From: an uncultured Acidobacteriota bacterium
Lineage (GTDB): Bacteria > Acidobacteriota > Thermoanaerobaculia > Multivoradales > UBA5704
DNA: 64,000 nt
Direction: 5' to 3'
NCBI GenBank assembly: GCA_963700145.1
Contig: OY969474.1
Location: 3,456,001-3,520,000, forward strand
The translations under genes and the position numbers were made by a program. Below the pieces are notes generated by a model. That model was not told the origin of the DNA. It did not search any database and worked only from the letters and a program-made list of their open reading frames with translations. This document shows positions 44,262 through 52,652 of this stretch, one piece after another. Positions within the stretch are counted from its first letter, which is position 1. Each line of letters begins with the position of its first letter.

Positions 44262-45356
44262 TCACAGGTCCCGAAGCTGCCGCTGGAGCGACTGGAGCAC
44301 CTCCCGGAGCAACGTGGCGTCGGCGGCCGGGGCGACGGCGAGACCCTCGAGCGCGAAGTCGGCCGCCGGCGCGGCCTCCGACGCCTCGGCCTGCGCCGCG
44401 ACGGCCTCCAGGCCGGCCAGCGTCGCCTGCTTGTCCTTCAGCACGGCGTCCGCGGCGTTCGGGTCGCCCGGATAGAGCGTTCGCAGCCCCTCGATGTCGC
44501 CGGGCGAGAGATCCTGGCCGTTGCCGTCCGGAGCGCAGCCGCTGTTCGGGGTCCGGTAGAAGAGAGGCGGGAACCGGTAGAGCATCACCGACCTGCGGTC
44601 GAACACGCCCTCGACCACGGCCGCCCCGCTGGTGGGCCGGAGGTTCTGGTCGACCTTGCTCTTCGACCAGAAGTTCTGCGCTCCCGAGAGATAGGTGTAG
44701 ATGCCCGGCCGCCGTCCGGCGGAGTCCGAGATGAAGACGCCGCTCGGGTTGCGCGTCGGGACGTAGCCGGGGTCGTCCTCGAACCGAAACGCCTCCTGAC
44801 AGGGTCCCCGCAGGTTGACGTGCTCGTGGTGGAACCCGAGCGCGTGGAGGAACTCGTGCCGCACTGTGCCGCGCCAGGCGCTCGGCAGCTCGATGTCGAA
44901 GCCGCCGAGATTCAGCGAGCGCTGCCCGGGGCGGCCGCCGACGGGCCCGTCGGGCATGCCGAGGTTGGGGGAAATCGAGTCGGTCCCGACGAGAGAGAAG
45001 AAGCCGCGCTGGTCGAAGCTCACCCGGATCTCCGCGGTGTAGTCGGTGTCCTCGACGCTCCACATCCTGTGGGTCCCCGCGGCTTCGTCGTGGCCGAAGT
45101 CGAGGGTCAGGTTGCACTCGTTGCCGATCTGCTGGGCCGCGTCGTGGATCTTTTCGTGAAGGTCGGTCGAGCCGCCCAGGAATGCCACGCGCACGGTGCT
45201 GCCCGGCAGCCAACGCCGCACGTTCTCGATGACGAACTCCAGCCCGCCGGCCGTGTTGCCCAGCGCCTGCAGGGCTCGATCGCGCGCCTCGAGGGTGGCC
45301 TGGACGTCGTCCGGCATAGCTTCCAGGACGATAGGTTCTTCCGGTTCCTCCGGCAT
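44262..45356 (-). CDS. M12 (astacin-like) zinc metalloprotease without signal peptide
   Basis: HEFLHALGFHHEH zinc motif, SVMLY Met-turn, AEIRVSF; AAGGAGGT SD. Confidence 0.85.
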   Translation of the reverse strand: MPEEPEEPIVLEAMPDDVQATLEARDRALQALGNTAGGLEFVIENVRRWLPGSTVRVAFLGGSTDLHEKIHDAAQQIGNECNLTLDFGHDEAAGTHRMWSVEDTDYTAEIRVSFDQRGFFSLVGTDSISPNLGMPDGPVGGRPGQRSLNLGGFDIELPSAWRGTVRHEFLHALGFHHEHVNLRGPCQEAFRFEDDPGYVPTRNPSGVFISDSAGRRPGIYTYLSGAQNFWSKSKVDQNLRPTSGAAVVEGVFDRRSVMLYRFPPLFYRTPNSGCAPDGNGQDLSPGDIEGLRTLYPGDPNAADAVLKDKQATLAGLEAVAAQAEASEAAPAADFALEGLAVAPAADATLLREVLQSLQRQLRDL

Positions 45357-45543
45357 GTTACGACCTCCTTAAAGACGTCTGCGCCGCGCAGACGCCTCAG
45401 CCGGTGAGACGGACACGGGGTCGCGACTTCTCCCGGCGCTGGCGATCCGGGCGTTAGCCGCGGCCTAGTCGGGAAGGGTCACCGCGGGGCTCAGAGGATG
45501 CCAACCGCGATCGAGCCGAGGCCAAGGGCGAGACCGAGCAAGG

Positions 45544-46090
45544 TCAATGGACCTGCAGGATGGCTGCTACGTCTCCCAGGATGCGGGCTTTAAGCGCTTC
45601 ACCGGCGGCTTCCTGCGCCAGGGCAAAGGTGTAGCGCAACTTGACGAAATGGTCATTGATGCTCAGCACGTAGAGATAGGAGCGCTGCGGGACACCCTTT
45701 TGGTTGAACGCAAAGCTCGCTGCCATCGTGGGACGGCCACCAAGGACCAGGGAACTGTCGCTCAGATGGCGGACGTCTTGCCAGTGGGGCACAACAGCCA
45801 CATGGCGCTTAGCCCATTCAAACTGGGGTGGTGACGAGCTCCGGGCGGTTGTCGGGGATCTGCCGAAAGCCGCCCGTATAGACGAAGATGGACAAGACGA
45901 TGTCGTCGGCCTTGTAGGTAAGGCCGATGCCGAGAGCGGGATTGGGAAACTCCTCTGTCTTGGTGAGAGGCAAGCCGGCAAGCTCCGGCGGGAATGACAG
46001 GTGGCTGGGGCTGTGGCGGTAGCCAGCCGTTGCCGTGGAACAGCATGCGGCGGTCAACCACACGGCGACAAACGCTCGCATTGCCTTCAT
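45544..46090 (-). CDS. secreted hypothetical protein, frameshifted
   Basis: Signal peptide MKAMRAFVAVWLTAACC; continues in a second frame (EWAKRHV...SYLYVLSINDHFVKLRYTF). Confidence 0.5.
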
Positions 46091-46186
46091 TCAGGCACTC
46101 AATCCCTGGAGCTCACGGCGGCGACAACCGCCCGTGCAGTCTACGGCCATCGCCGTCGATCTCGCAAAAGAGAACCAGGTGGCGGT

Positions 46187-46676
46187 TTAAGCAGCGGGAG
46201 GGTAGCGACCGTGTGCTTGGACCCCGAGCGCCTCAAGCCAGGCTTGGTGACCTCGGTACATTCGGTTCGGCAAAAATCGCTTCTGGAGCCTCGCGAGGGA
46301 GCCGTGTTGCGCTTCCTCCGTCAGAACATGGCACCCTCGGGGTGTCTCGCGCAGAACCCACGCGTGGTAGGCATCGACTCCGAACGAGCGGGCATCCCAA
46401 GCGATGCGCTCCTTCGGAATGAATCCCACCACTTCAGATTCGATCGTGCCCCAAAGGTCTTCCATCTGAAGCGAGTTCCAGCTTCGAGGTCCGGCCCTGT
46501 TCCGTTACGAAACCGCACGTTGGCGGAATTGCAGTACCAGGTCGGCCAGAGCTTCGCTCGATCAGCCAAGCCCAAACATAGTCTACGGAAGTTGGTATGG
46601 ACTCATTCCGGACGTGAACAGGCGCGTTCGCTGGCGCGAAATAGTCTGGCCATCTGACACCGTCAACAGTCGTCAT
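46187..46676 (-). CDS. SRPBCC/START-like protein, frameshifted
   Basis: WPDYFAPANAPVHVRNE, WPTWY, GTRFRWKTFG, ERIAWDA..FGVDAYHAW. Confidence 0.7.
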
Positions 46677-46818
46677 GAAGTGTCCCGTTTGAGCTGGGAA
46701 GGCCCTTCAGCGAGCCGCCTACTCCAAAGAGACGGACCAACCTGGGGTTTCACTCAAGCGCCTGTGCGGACCATCATCCCGTGATGGGCCTGTGAGTTTT
46801 TGACGGTGGCTGCGATCA

Positions 46819-47168
46819 TCATTTGATCTCCACGAAATACGTAACCAACCGCTTGATCTTGCCGCGTTGCATGACGAAGACGTCGCAAAACACTGCGCTC
46901 AGGAAGCCGCCGGCCCGTCTCTGGGAGCGCACCGAGCCTTCCGCGACGACGACATCGTCCTCTTCGGTCATTCGCGTGACGGTGATGGTCGGGCTGCCGA
47001 CGAACGCAGCGTTCTCGATTTCCTTGTCGAAGGCTTCCTTGCCAATCAAGTGGAGTACACGGGCATCTCCCATTCGATGTCATCAGTCAGGCAAGACAAG
47101 ATCAGCTCATGGTCGCTTCGCCTGAAGCCGTCCATGTACTTCTCCACCGTTCTTTTGTTCTCGGTCAT
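46819..47168 (-). CDS. NTF2/SnoaL-like protein, frameshifted
   Basis: MTENKRTVEKYMDGF..DHELILSCLTDDIEW...VVVAEG...FCDVFVM..GKIKRL. Confidence 0.75.
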
Positions 47169-47171
47169 GGG

Positions 47172-47585
47172 TCAAGGCGGATCGACCGAGTCCGCGGGCA
47201 CCATCGCGATATCGACGGGAGCGCCCGGGTTGTGGCTTCGGATGACGAATTCGTCGTCGTCGAGCGTCAGGATGTCGACGCGATACGGAATGGACTCCTC
47301 GACCATGACGAGGCCGTCTTCCGTTCGGACCAGGACCCGACCATGGGCTTGTTGCCCGGCGACGTGATCACGAGGGTGCCGTCCGAGAGGAATGCGTCGA
47401 GGGTGCCTCCGCGACCGCCGATGAGCGGGCGACCCGCCAGACGCGGTCGACAAAGCTGCCGGGCGCTCCGAAGCGCGGGGGGCCGGTGGCGCGACCGGAG
47501 GAGGAGGATCGGGCGGTCGAGAGCAAGCCAGGACGGCCAGTAGGCCGAGTGCCGTAACGAAGCGCCGGCTCGACCGGATCGTCAT
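47172..47585 (-). CDS. lipoprotein, frameshifted
   Basis: Lipobox LAVLAC; FVDRVWRV and FLSDGTLVI segments lie in different frames. Confidence 0.5.
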   Translation of the reverse strand: MTIRSSRRFVTALGLLAVLACSRPPDPPPPVAPPAPRASERPAALSTASGGSPAHRRSRRHPRRIPLGRHPRDHVAGQQAHGRVLVRTEDGLVMVEESIPYRVDILTLDDDEFVIRSHNPGAPVDIAMVPADSVDPP

Positions 47586-47840
47586 GCCGCGGCGTCGGCG
47601 AACCTCCCGGCCTGGGAAGACCAGGACCCCCGGATGGCACTTGAGCGCTCGAGCAAGGACCTTGGCGCGCTCCACGCCGAGGCGGACGCGGTCGTTTTCG
47701 ATGGCCGAAATGGTGGCCTGGGAGATCCCGGTCAGCCGGGCCAGCTGGTTCTGGCTCAGCTCCTGAAGCTCCCGAATGATGCGCACCGACTCGCCGAAGG
47801 CGCCGTGAATTCGCTTCTTGGCAGGGGAGTACCTTTTCAT
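47582..47840 (-). CDS. XRE/HigA-like HTH protein (orphan antitoxin-like)
   Basis: GESVRIIRELQELSQNQLARLTGISQATISAIEN..LGVERAKVLARALKCHP. Confidence 0.8.
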
Positions 47841-47897
47841 CCGAGCCTCCGGTAACCGTGAGCGATGGTAAGGGGCGACACACTCAGCGGTCTCTAT

Positions 47898-48226
47898 CTA
47901 AGTGCCGCGCCGTTCGGGGAGTAGCCGCAGGACGATCCTGACCCCCGTGCCGTCGGGGGACAGGGTGCCGGGGCGGACGCGGAAGCTGGTCGTCCCCTCC
48001 ACCCAGTCGCGCACGGTGTAGGTGGCGTTGCCTACCTTGCTGCCCGGGCAGGAGTAGAGGCAGACGACGCAGCCGGAGTGCCACTCGGGGAGGTTGGCCC
48101 AGTGGCCGCCGAAGCGCATGGCGAAGCCGCGGCGGCCGGGGGTCTTCGAGGACCTCGGCGAGCCCGTGCTCCGGCGCCCGGGAGCGCGGGTTCTCCCGCT
48201 CGTCCCACGTCTTCATCCCCAGCGCG
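47898..48226 (-). pseudogene. degenerate duplicate of the 3' part of the YdjY-like gene
   Basis: Encodes MRFGGH..PEWHSGCVVCLYSCPGSKVGNA.YTVRDWVEGTT, matching 51270-51626, with an internal deletion and no 5' end. Confidence 0.85.
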
Positions 48227-48268
48227 CGGCGATGCGGCCGCCGAGTGACGAGTCCTACCGGATGACGT

Positions 48269-48902
48269 TCAAGAGTTCGCGGGGCGAAGAGATAATCGCG
48301 TCGCAGGTCTCCAGACCTGGCCGAAGCCAAATGCCGCGCCCACGATGGCAAGGCCGGCAGCCCGCGCGGCTCGAACGTCCGCCTCTGTGTCACCAACGTA
48401 TACTGCCTCGCTAGCGGGAACAGCAAGGCGCTCGAGGGCCGAGGAGTAGGTCCGGCGCAGGTTTGTACCTAACGCCGTCGTCACCCGTAACGATTACCTC
48501 GAAGATACCAGAGTCCAGGCCAACAGTCCGCAGGAAGAGATGCGTTGTCGCCCGTCGCTTGTTCGTGGCCACCCCGAGCCTCTTTCCACGACTTCGGAGG
48601 TCAGCGAGGGTCTCTCTCATTCCCGGAAAAGCCTCAAGGCGCGAAACTCCACCTCCGTCGTACATTTTACGTCTGAAGGCGCTGCGGAATCGCTCGCCGA
48701 GCGAGGGGTCCGTGCCCACAGCGAGCATGGCTATCTCGTCAGCAGGCTTTCCGATCATGGCCAGTAGCTCTTCTCGAGGAGGGGGCTCCCTTCCGAGGTC
48801 CACCAGCGCTTGCCCGATAGCGTAGATATGGGCCTCCCCAGAATCCACCAACACGCCATCGACATCGAATAACACCGAACTTACTACACAGGGCAGTCCC
48901 AT
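48269..48902 (-). CDS. HAD-IA phosphatase, one frameshift near 48445
   Basis: FDVDGVLVDS, VATNK, YKPAPD, YVGDTEAD. Confidence 0.85.
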
Positions 48903-48952
48903 TATCGCCGCCTCGCGTTCACTATAGTTGCTTCCTTTGGGCGCCTTGAACT

Positions 48953-50824
48953 TTAATACCGCCCGCCGAAAGCACTGGGCATCAGGCCCAGTTCACGTAG
49001 CCCGTCCCCCACTTCCTGACCAACGTCGAACAAAAGACCCAGCGCGAGTCTTGCCTTGGATGAAGCGTGCCATTTTCCGGAGTACGAGACACCGTCATGC
49101 TCTCCAAGTTCTATCTCGTCAGTCGCCATGAGCTGTTGCAGAGACCCTATTCCCCAACTCGGGAGGAGATGAGGGGGGACCATTAGGTTCTCGGCCCGAT
49201 GTTCCGCCGAATTCCAACGGGCGTAGGCCTCATTGGCCGTGGCGTCAACCCACGTGATCGCGAGGAAATTGGCAGCAATACTACTCGCCTCGACAGCCAA
49301 GGCGAGAATGAATGTCCGCGATTCATCTAGGTCCAGGTCAAGCTCCTCTTTGGCGCCGCGCTGAAGGGCATGGAAGACACTTTTATCGCCGTTCGATTTG
49401 CGCCTTGGGTTCTCGTATGCCGAGTTGACGTGAGGAGCATTCGCCTGCTCTTCAAAGGAAGCTGATATCCGCCCAATCTGGTTGTCCACATTTGTCCGCC
49501 GGTTGAGAAGCACTTTGTTGTCAGAGGTAATGACTAAGCCGTGGTTGCCTATGTGGTGTGGAAACTGAACAGCATCCTGCAATGACGTCAGCTCGCGAAC
49601 CGAGTGCCAGAATTCGTCAGCCACTTGCGAATCCTCACCCAGTCTCGACTGTGTTCCATGAATCAAGGCCCACGTCGTAAGAGCTAGAGAGCAATTCAGA
49701 TTACCTCCAGTCTGCCTGAAGGCAAGGAGGCGGTACTTCGGACTGTCGCGGTGCCCCTTTTCGCGAAAGTTGCGGACCATGTCGCTTTCGAGGCGTTCGA
49801 GCAACGAGTTCGGCTGAGGAGTGAAGAACTCGGGAGTTGGCTGCCAGAGCACCTCTTCGTTTCGCCATCCCATCAGCCGAGATCGCGCCACACGACAAGT
49901 AAGAACTATAGTCTCGCCGATTGCCAAGTGTTGAAGATCCGGCGGAACAGTGGCGGCCGGGCGAAGCCCCGGAGCCTCTGGGTCAGGTACGGCTGTGCGA
50001 AGACCGCGAACCCGACTCCGGAGAGATTGCAGAAGCAAGGGAAGCTCAGCATGATCGCCATAGCGGATCGTCTGTATGTTGTATTCTTTCCAGAGTTCTT
50101 CCTCGCGCTCGGGACTCTCGGAGCCTTGAGGTGACGCGACCAGGGCGAAATGGGGTCGCGTGTGTCCCTCGAAGATTGCGGCAGCATACCTAAATTGCTC
50201 GAGAACGTAGGGGTCGGAGAGGCTGAAGCCGATAAAGAGAATGCTGTGCTGAAAGAGAATGCTCTGGTAGGCAATTTGATAGGCTTTCTCTCGATAGAGT
50301 CGTTCGTAGTCGTCGGAGGCCAAGCACCACGTCTCGGGGTTCTCGATCGTGCCGTGCAGCTTGAGGAGGAGTTTTTCGCCTTCACGGCGCTCGGCCCAGT
50401 ATGCCAAGCCAGCCGGTGTAGGAAGAAGTGTCTTAGCGTGCGGGGTGACGGCCGTCTCGAGGCACGTATCGATGTTCGATGTCATAACGAGAGGAGGCTC
50501 CAGTGCCCAGATGAGCTGCTGTCCCTCAAGAAGAGCTGCGGAAGGCTGGGGTGCCAGCTTGTCTTCCACAAAGCGCCTGTATCTGTTCAGGCCGAGTTCT
50601 TGCCTGGCTTCCTGGATAGCCTGAAGGTAATTCCCCTTTAGCTGATGTCCAAGAGCAAGGTGCCAGTTGAGTTGTTCAATCTTAAGCATGTCAATTAGAC
50701 CAGATAAGAACTGCTTCCAAGATGGGAAGCCCGCGGGTATTGAGATACCAGTGCCAACGAAGGGTATGCAGTGATGCTCCGAAAGCGCCCGCGTTAGCGT
50801 CCCAGGTATCTCGAAATCGGTCAT
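48953..50824 (-). CDS. SIR2-like NADase fused to a Nudix-like C-terminal domain
   Basis: FVGTGIS..GFPSW, MTSNID, LKLHG, LFIGFSLSDP; C-terminal GLVITSDNKVLLNRR...SFEE...QRGAKEELDL. Confidence 0.8.
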   Translation of the reverse strand: MTDFEIPGTLTRALSEHHCIPFVGTGISIPAGFPSWKQFLSGLIDMLKIEQLNWHLALGHQLKGNYLQAIQEARQELGLNRYRRFVEDKLAPQPSAALLEGQQLIWALEPPLVMTSNIDTCLETAVTPHAKTLLPTPAGLAYWAERREGEKLLLKLHGTIENPETWCLASDDYERLYREKAYQIAYQSILFQHSILFIGFSLSDPYVLEQFRYAAAIFEGHTRPHFALVASPQGSESPEREEELWKEYNIQTIRYGDHAELPLLLQSLRSRVRGLRTAVPDPEAPGLRPAATVPPDLQHLAIGETIVLTCRVARSRLMGWRNEEVLWQPTPEFFTPQPNSLLERLESDMVRNFREKGHRDSPKYRLLAFRQTGGNLNCSLALTTWALIHGTQSRLGEDSQVADEFWHSVRELTSLQDAVQFPHHIGNHGLVITSDNKVLLNRRTNVDNQIGRISASFEEQANAPHVNSAYENPRRKSNGDKSVFHALQRGAKEELDLDLDESRTFILALAVEASSIAANFLAITWVDATANEAYARWNSAEHRAENLMVPPHLLPSWGIGSLQQLMATDEIELGEHDGVSYSGKWHASSKARLALGLLFDVGQEVGDGLRELGLMPSAFGGRY

Positions 50825-51246
50825 GTAGAGAGCCCCTTCTCGTTACAGAAGTGCGGAGTCGTAATGGAGGCCCCGGCCAAGGTACAGTCGGAGTGGAGCC
50901 GGGGAGCGCGATTCAGGCTCTCGCGTACCGGCTGCTACCTCTGCTGATTGATACAGCGCAAAGAACAAGGGCCAGGGGCGAGTTCGCAGTCCTAGCAATC
51001 GTTGGGCATGTGGGCTTGGTCGCCCGTGGTATGCAAGGCCGCCTGATGGCCTGCTCAGCTGGGCAGCATCCAACCGTCGGACTCTTCGTTTCTATACGTA
51101 GACCATAGCAGGGCAGGAGCGGCTGCGCAAATGCGACCACGCCGTGCGTCGTGGGCGGATCTCGAGTTTACACGGTACCCGCTAGCCGGCGCCGGTTCCG
51201 CTGCGCGAGGGTGACAGACGCTTCGCCCTAGCGAGCAGCGGGCCGA

Positions 51247-51945
51247 TCACATCGCTCGGTGTCGCAGCCGCAAGACGATCGTGACCGGCGTGCCGTCCGG
51301 CGGCAGCACCCCCCGCCGAACTTGGAAACGGGTCGTCCCCTCCACCCAGTCGCGCACGGTGTAGGCGGCGTTGCCGACCTTGCTGCCCGGGCAGGAGTAA
51401 AGGCAAACAACGCAGCCGGAGTGCCACTCCGGGATGTTGGCGCGGTGGCCGCCGAATCGCATGGCGAAGCCGCGGCGGCCTGGGTCTTCTAAAACCTCGG
51501 CTAGCCGGAGCGGTTTCCTTCCCGGCACCTTCACGAGCACCTCGACCGGCGGCCCTGCGATCACTTGCTCCGGCGCATGGGAGTGCGTGTCCTCCCGCTC
51601 GTCCCAACTCTCCATCGCGAGCGCGTTCCCCGGCTTCGCGCCCAGTGACTCCAGCGCATCCAAGACCTGCACGTCGTTCACCGCGGCGCGGAAGAGCGCC
51701 GCCGGCGCCGCGCTGCCGCCGCGCCAGACGACCAGGTGATAGCCCGGCATCCCGAGCACGCGCCGGTGGAAGGCGCCGGCGTGCACCGTCGCCGGAAAGG
51801 AGACGGCGCGCGCCGCCCGGTCCACGGCGACCCGCCCCGGCGCCTCCTCGGCGCCCCCCGGCGCGCAGCCGGCGAGGAACACGACCGCGACCAGCGCCTC
51901 AACTCTCAGACTTGGCCGACAGCGCCTCGGAGCCACTTTTGCCAC
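51247..51945 (-). CDS. YdjY-like lipoprotein (CxxCxxxC)
   Basis: Lipobox FLAGC; GCVVCLYSCPG; TACGCT -10 box 6 nt before the GTG. Confidence 0.65.
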   Translation of the reverse strand: MAKVAPRRCRPSLRVEALVAVVFLAGCAPGGAEEAPGRVAVDRAARAVSFPATVHAGAFHRRVLGMPGYHLVVWRGGSAAPAALFRAAVNDVQVLDALESLGAKPGNALAMESWDEREDTHSHAPEQVIAGPPVEVLVKVPGRKPLRLAEVLEDPGRRGFAMRFGGHRANIPEWHSGCVVCLYSCPGSKVGNAAYTVRDWVEGTTRFQVRRGVLPPDGTPVTIVLRLRHRAM

Positions 51946-52011
51946 AGCGCCAGCGTACCGTAGACGGCGCGGCCGGCGGGTCGCGCCGGCGCCCTTGCTA
52001 CAATGTCCTCG

Positions 52012-52251
52012 ATGAGCACCGTCAGTCCAAAAGAGCTTCAACGCGACGCGGATGCCCTCTTGGACCGCGTCGAGGCCGGGGAACACCTCGTCGTGGTCCG
52101 CGACGGCCGCGCGGTCGCCGAGCTGCGGCCCGTTCCCGCGGCACAGTCCGGTCCGCGACCGTTCGGCCTCTCCGCCGGGGCGTTCGCGGTCCCGGGCGAC
52201 TTCGATACGCCGCTGCCTGAGGAAGTCCTGAGGCTGTTCGAAGGCCGGTGA
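52012..52251 (+). CDS. Phd/YefM family antitoxin
   Basis: LLDRVEAGEHLVVVRDGRAVAELRP...VPGDFDTPLPE. Confidence 0.88.
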   Translation: MSTVSPKELQRDADALLDRVEAGEHLVVVRDGRAVAELRPVPAAQSGPRPFGLSAGAFAVPGDFDTPLPEEVLRLFEGR

Positions 52252-52640
52252 GGCTGCTCCTCGATACCCACGTCTTCCTCTGGTACATCACCGCCGACCC
52301 GAAGCTCCCGGCCGCGTTCCGGGAGGCCATCCGGGACCAGGCCAACGAGGTCTACCTGAGCGTCGCCTCGGTCTGGGAAGCGATCATCAAGTCCCACCTC
52401 GGCAAGCTTCCGCTCCCGGCGCCGCCAGCCGACTACCTGTCGCGGCAGCGGGAGGCTCACGGGATCGCCAGCCTGCCGATCGACGAGGGGGCGATGTCGC
52501 ACCTGGCCGGTCTGCCGGCTCTCCATGGCGACCCGTTCGACCGGCTACTGATCGCCCAGGCGCTGCAACACGGGCTGACTATCGCTACCGTCGATCCGGA
52601 GATTGCGGCGTATCTCGTCCCTTTGCTTCCGGCGGCCTAA
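52248..52640 (+). CDS. vapC: VapC PIN toxin
   Basis: MRLLLDTHVFLW, SVASVWE, HGDPFDRLLIAQA, TVD. Confidence 0.92.
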   Translation: MRLLLDTHVFLWYITADPKLPAAFREAIRDQANEVYLSVASVWEAIIKSHLGKLPLPAPPADYLSRQREAHGIASLPIDEGAMSHLAGLPALHGDPFDRLLIAQALQHGLTIATVDPEIAAYLVPLLPAA

Positions 52641-52652
52641 CGGCCCGGGAGG

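Noticed and set aside
47172-47840. HTH-lipoprotein fusion (222 aa)
   Set aside because: An internal signal peptide/lipobox and an ATGA overlap at 47582-47585 point to two genes joined by an indel
50843-51140. Third gene of the SIR2 island (76-aa or 75-aa ORFs)
   Set aside because: No motif or clear SD, and overlapping alternatives; more likely a promoter region or remnant, though worth including when cloning
47898-51626. Diversity-generating retroelement TR/VR pair
   Set aside because: No reverse transcriptase is present, differences are not adenine-specific, and the copy has an internal deletion
45362-52645. Integron with attC sites
   Set aside because: Only isolated half-sites (GTTAGCC ~45453, GCCTAAC ~52635); I found no paired R''/R' boxes and no intI
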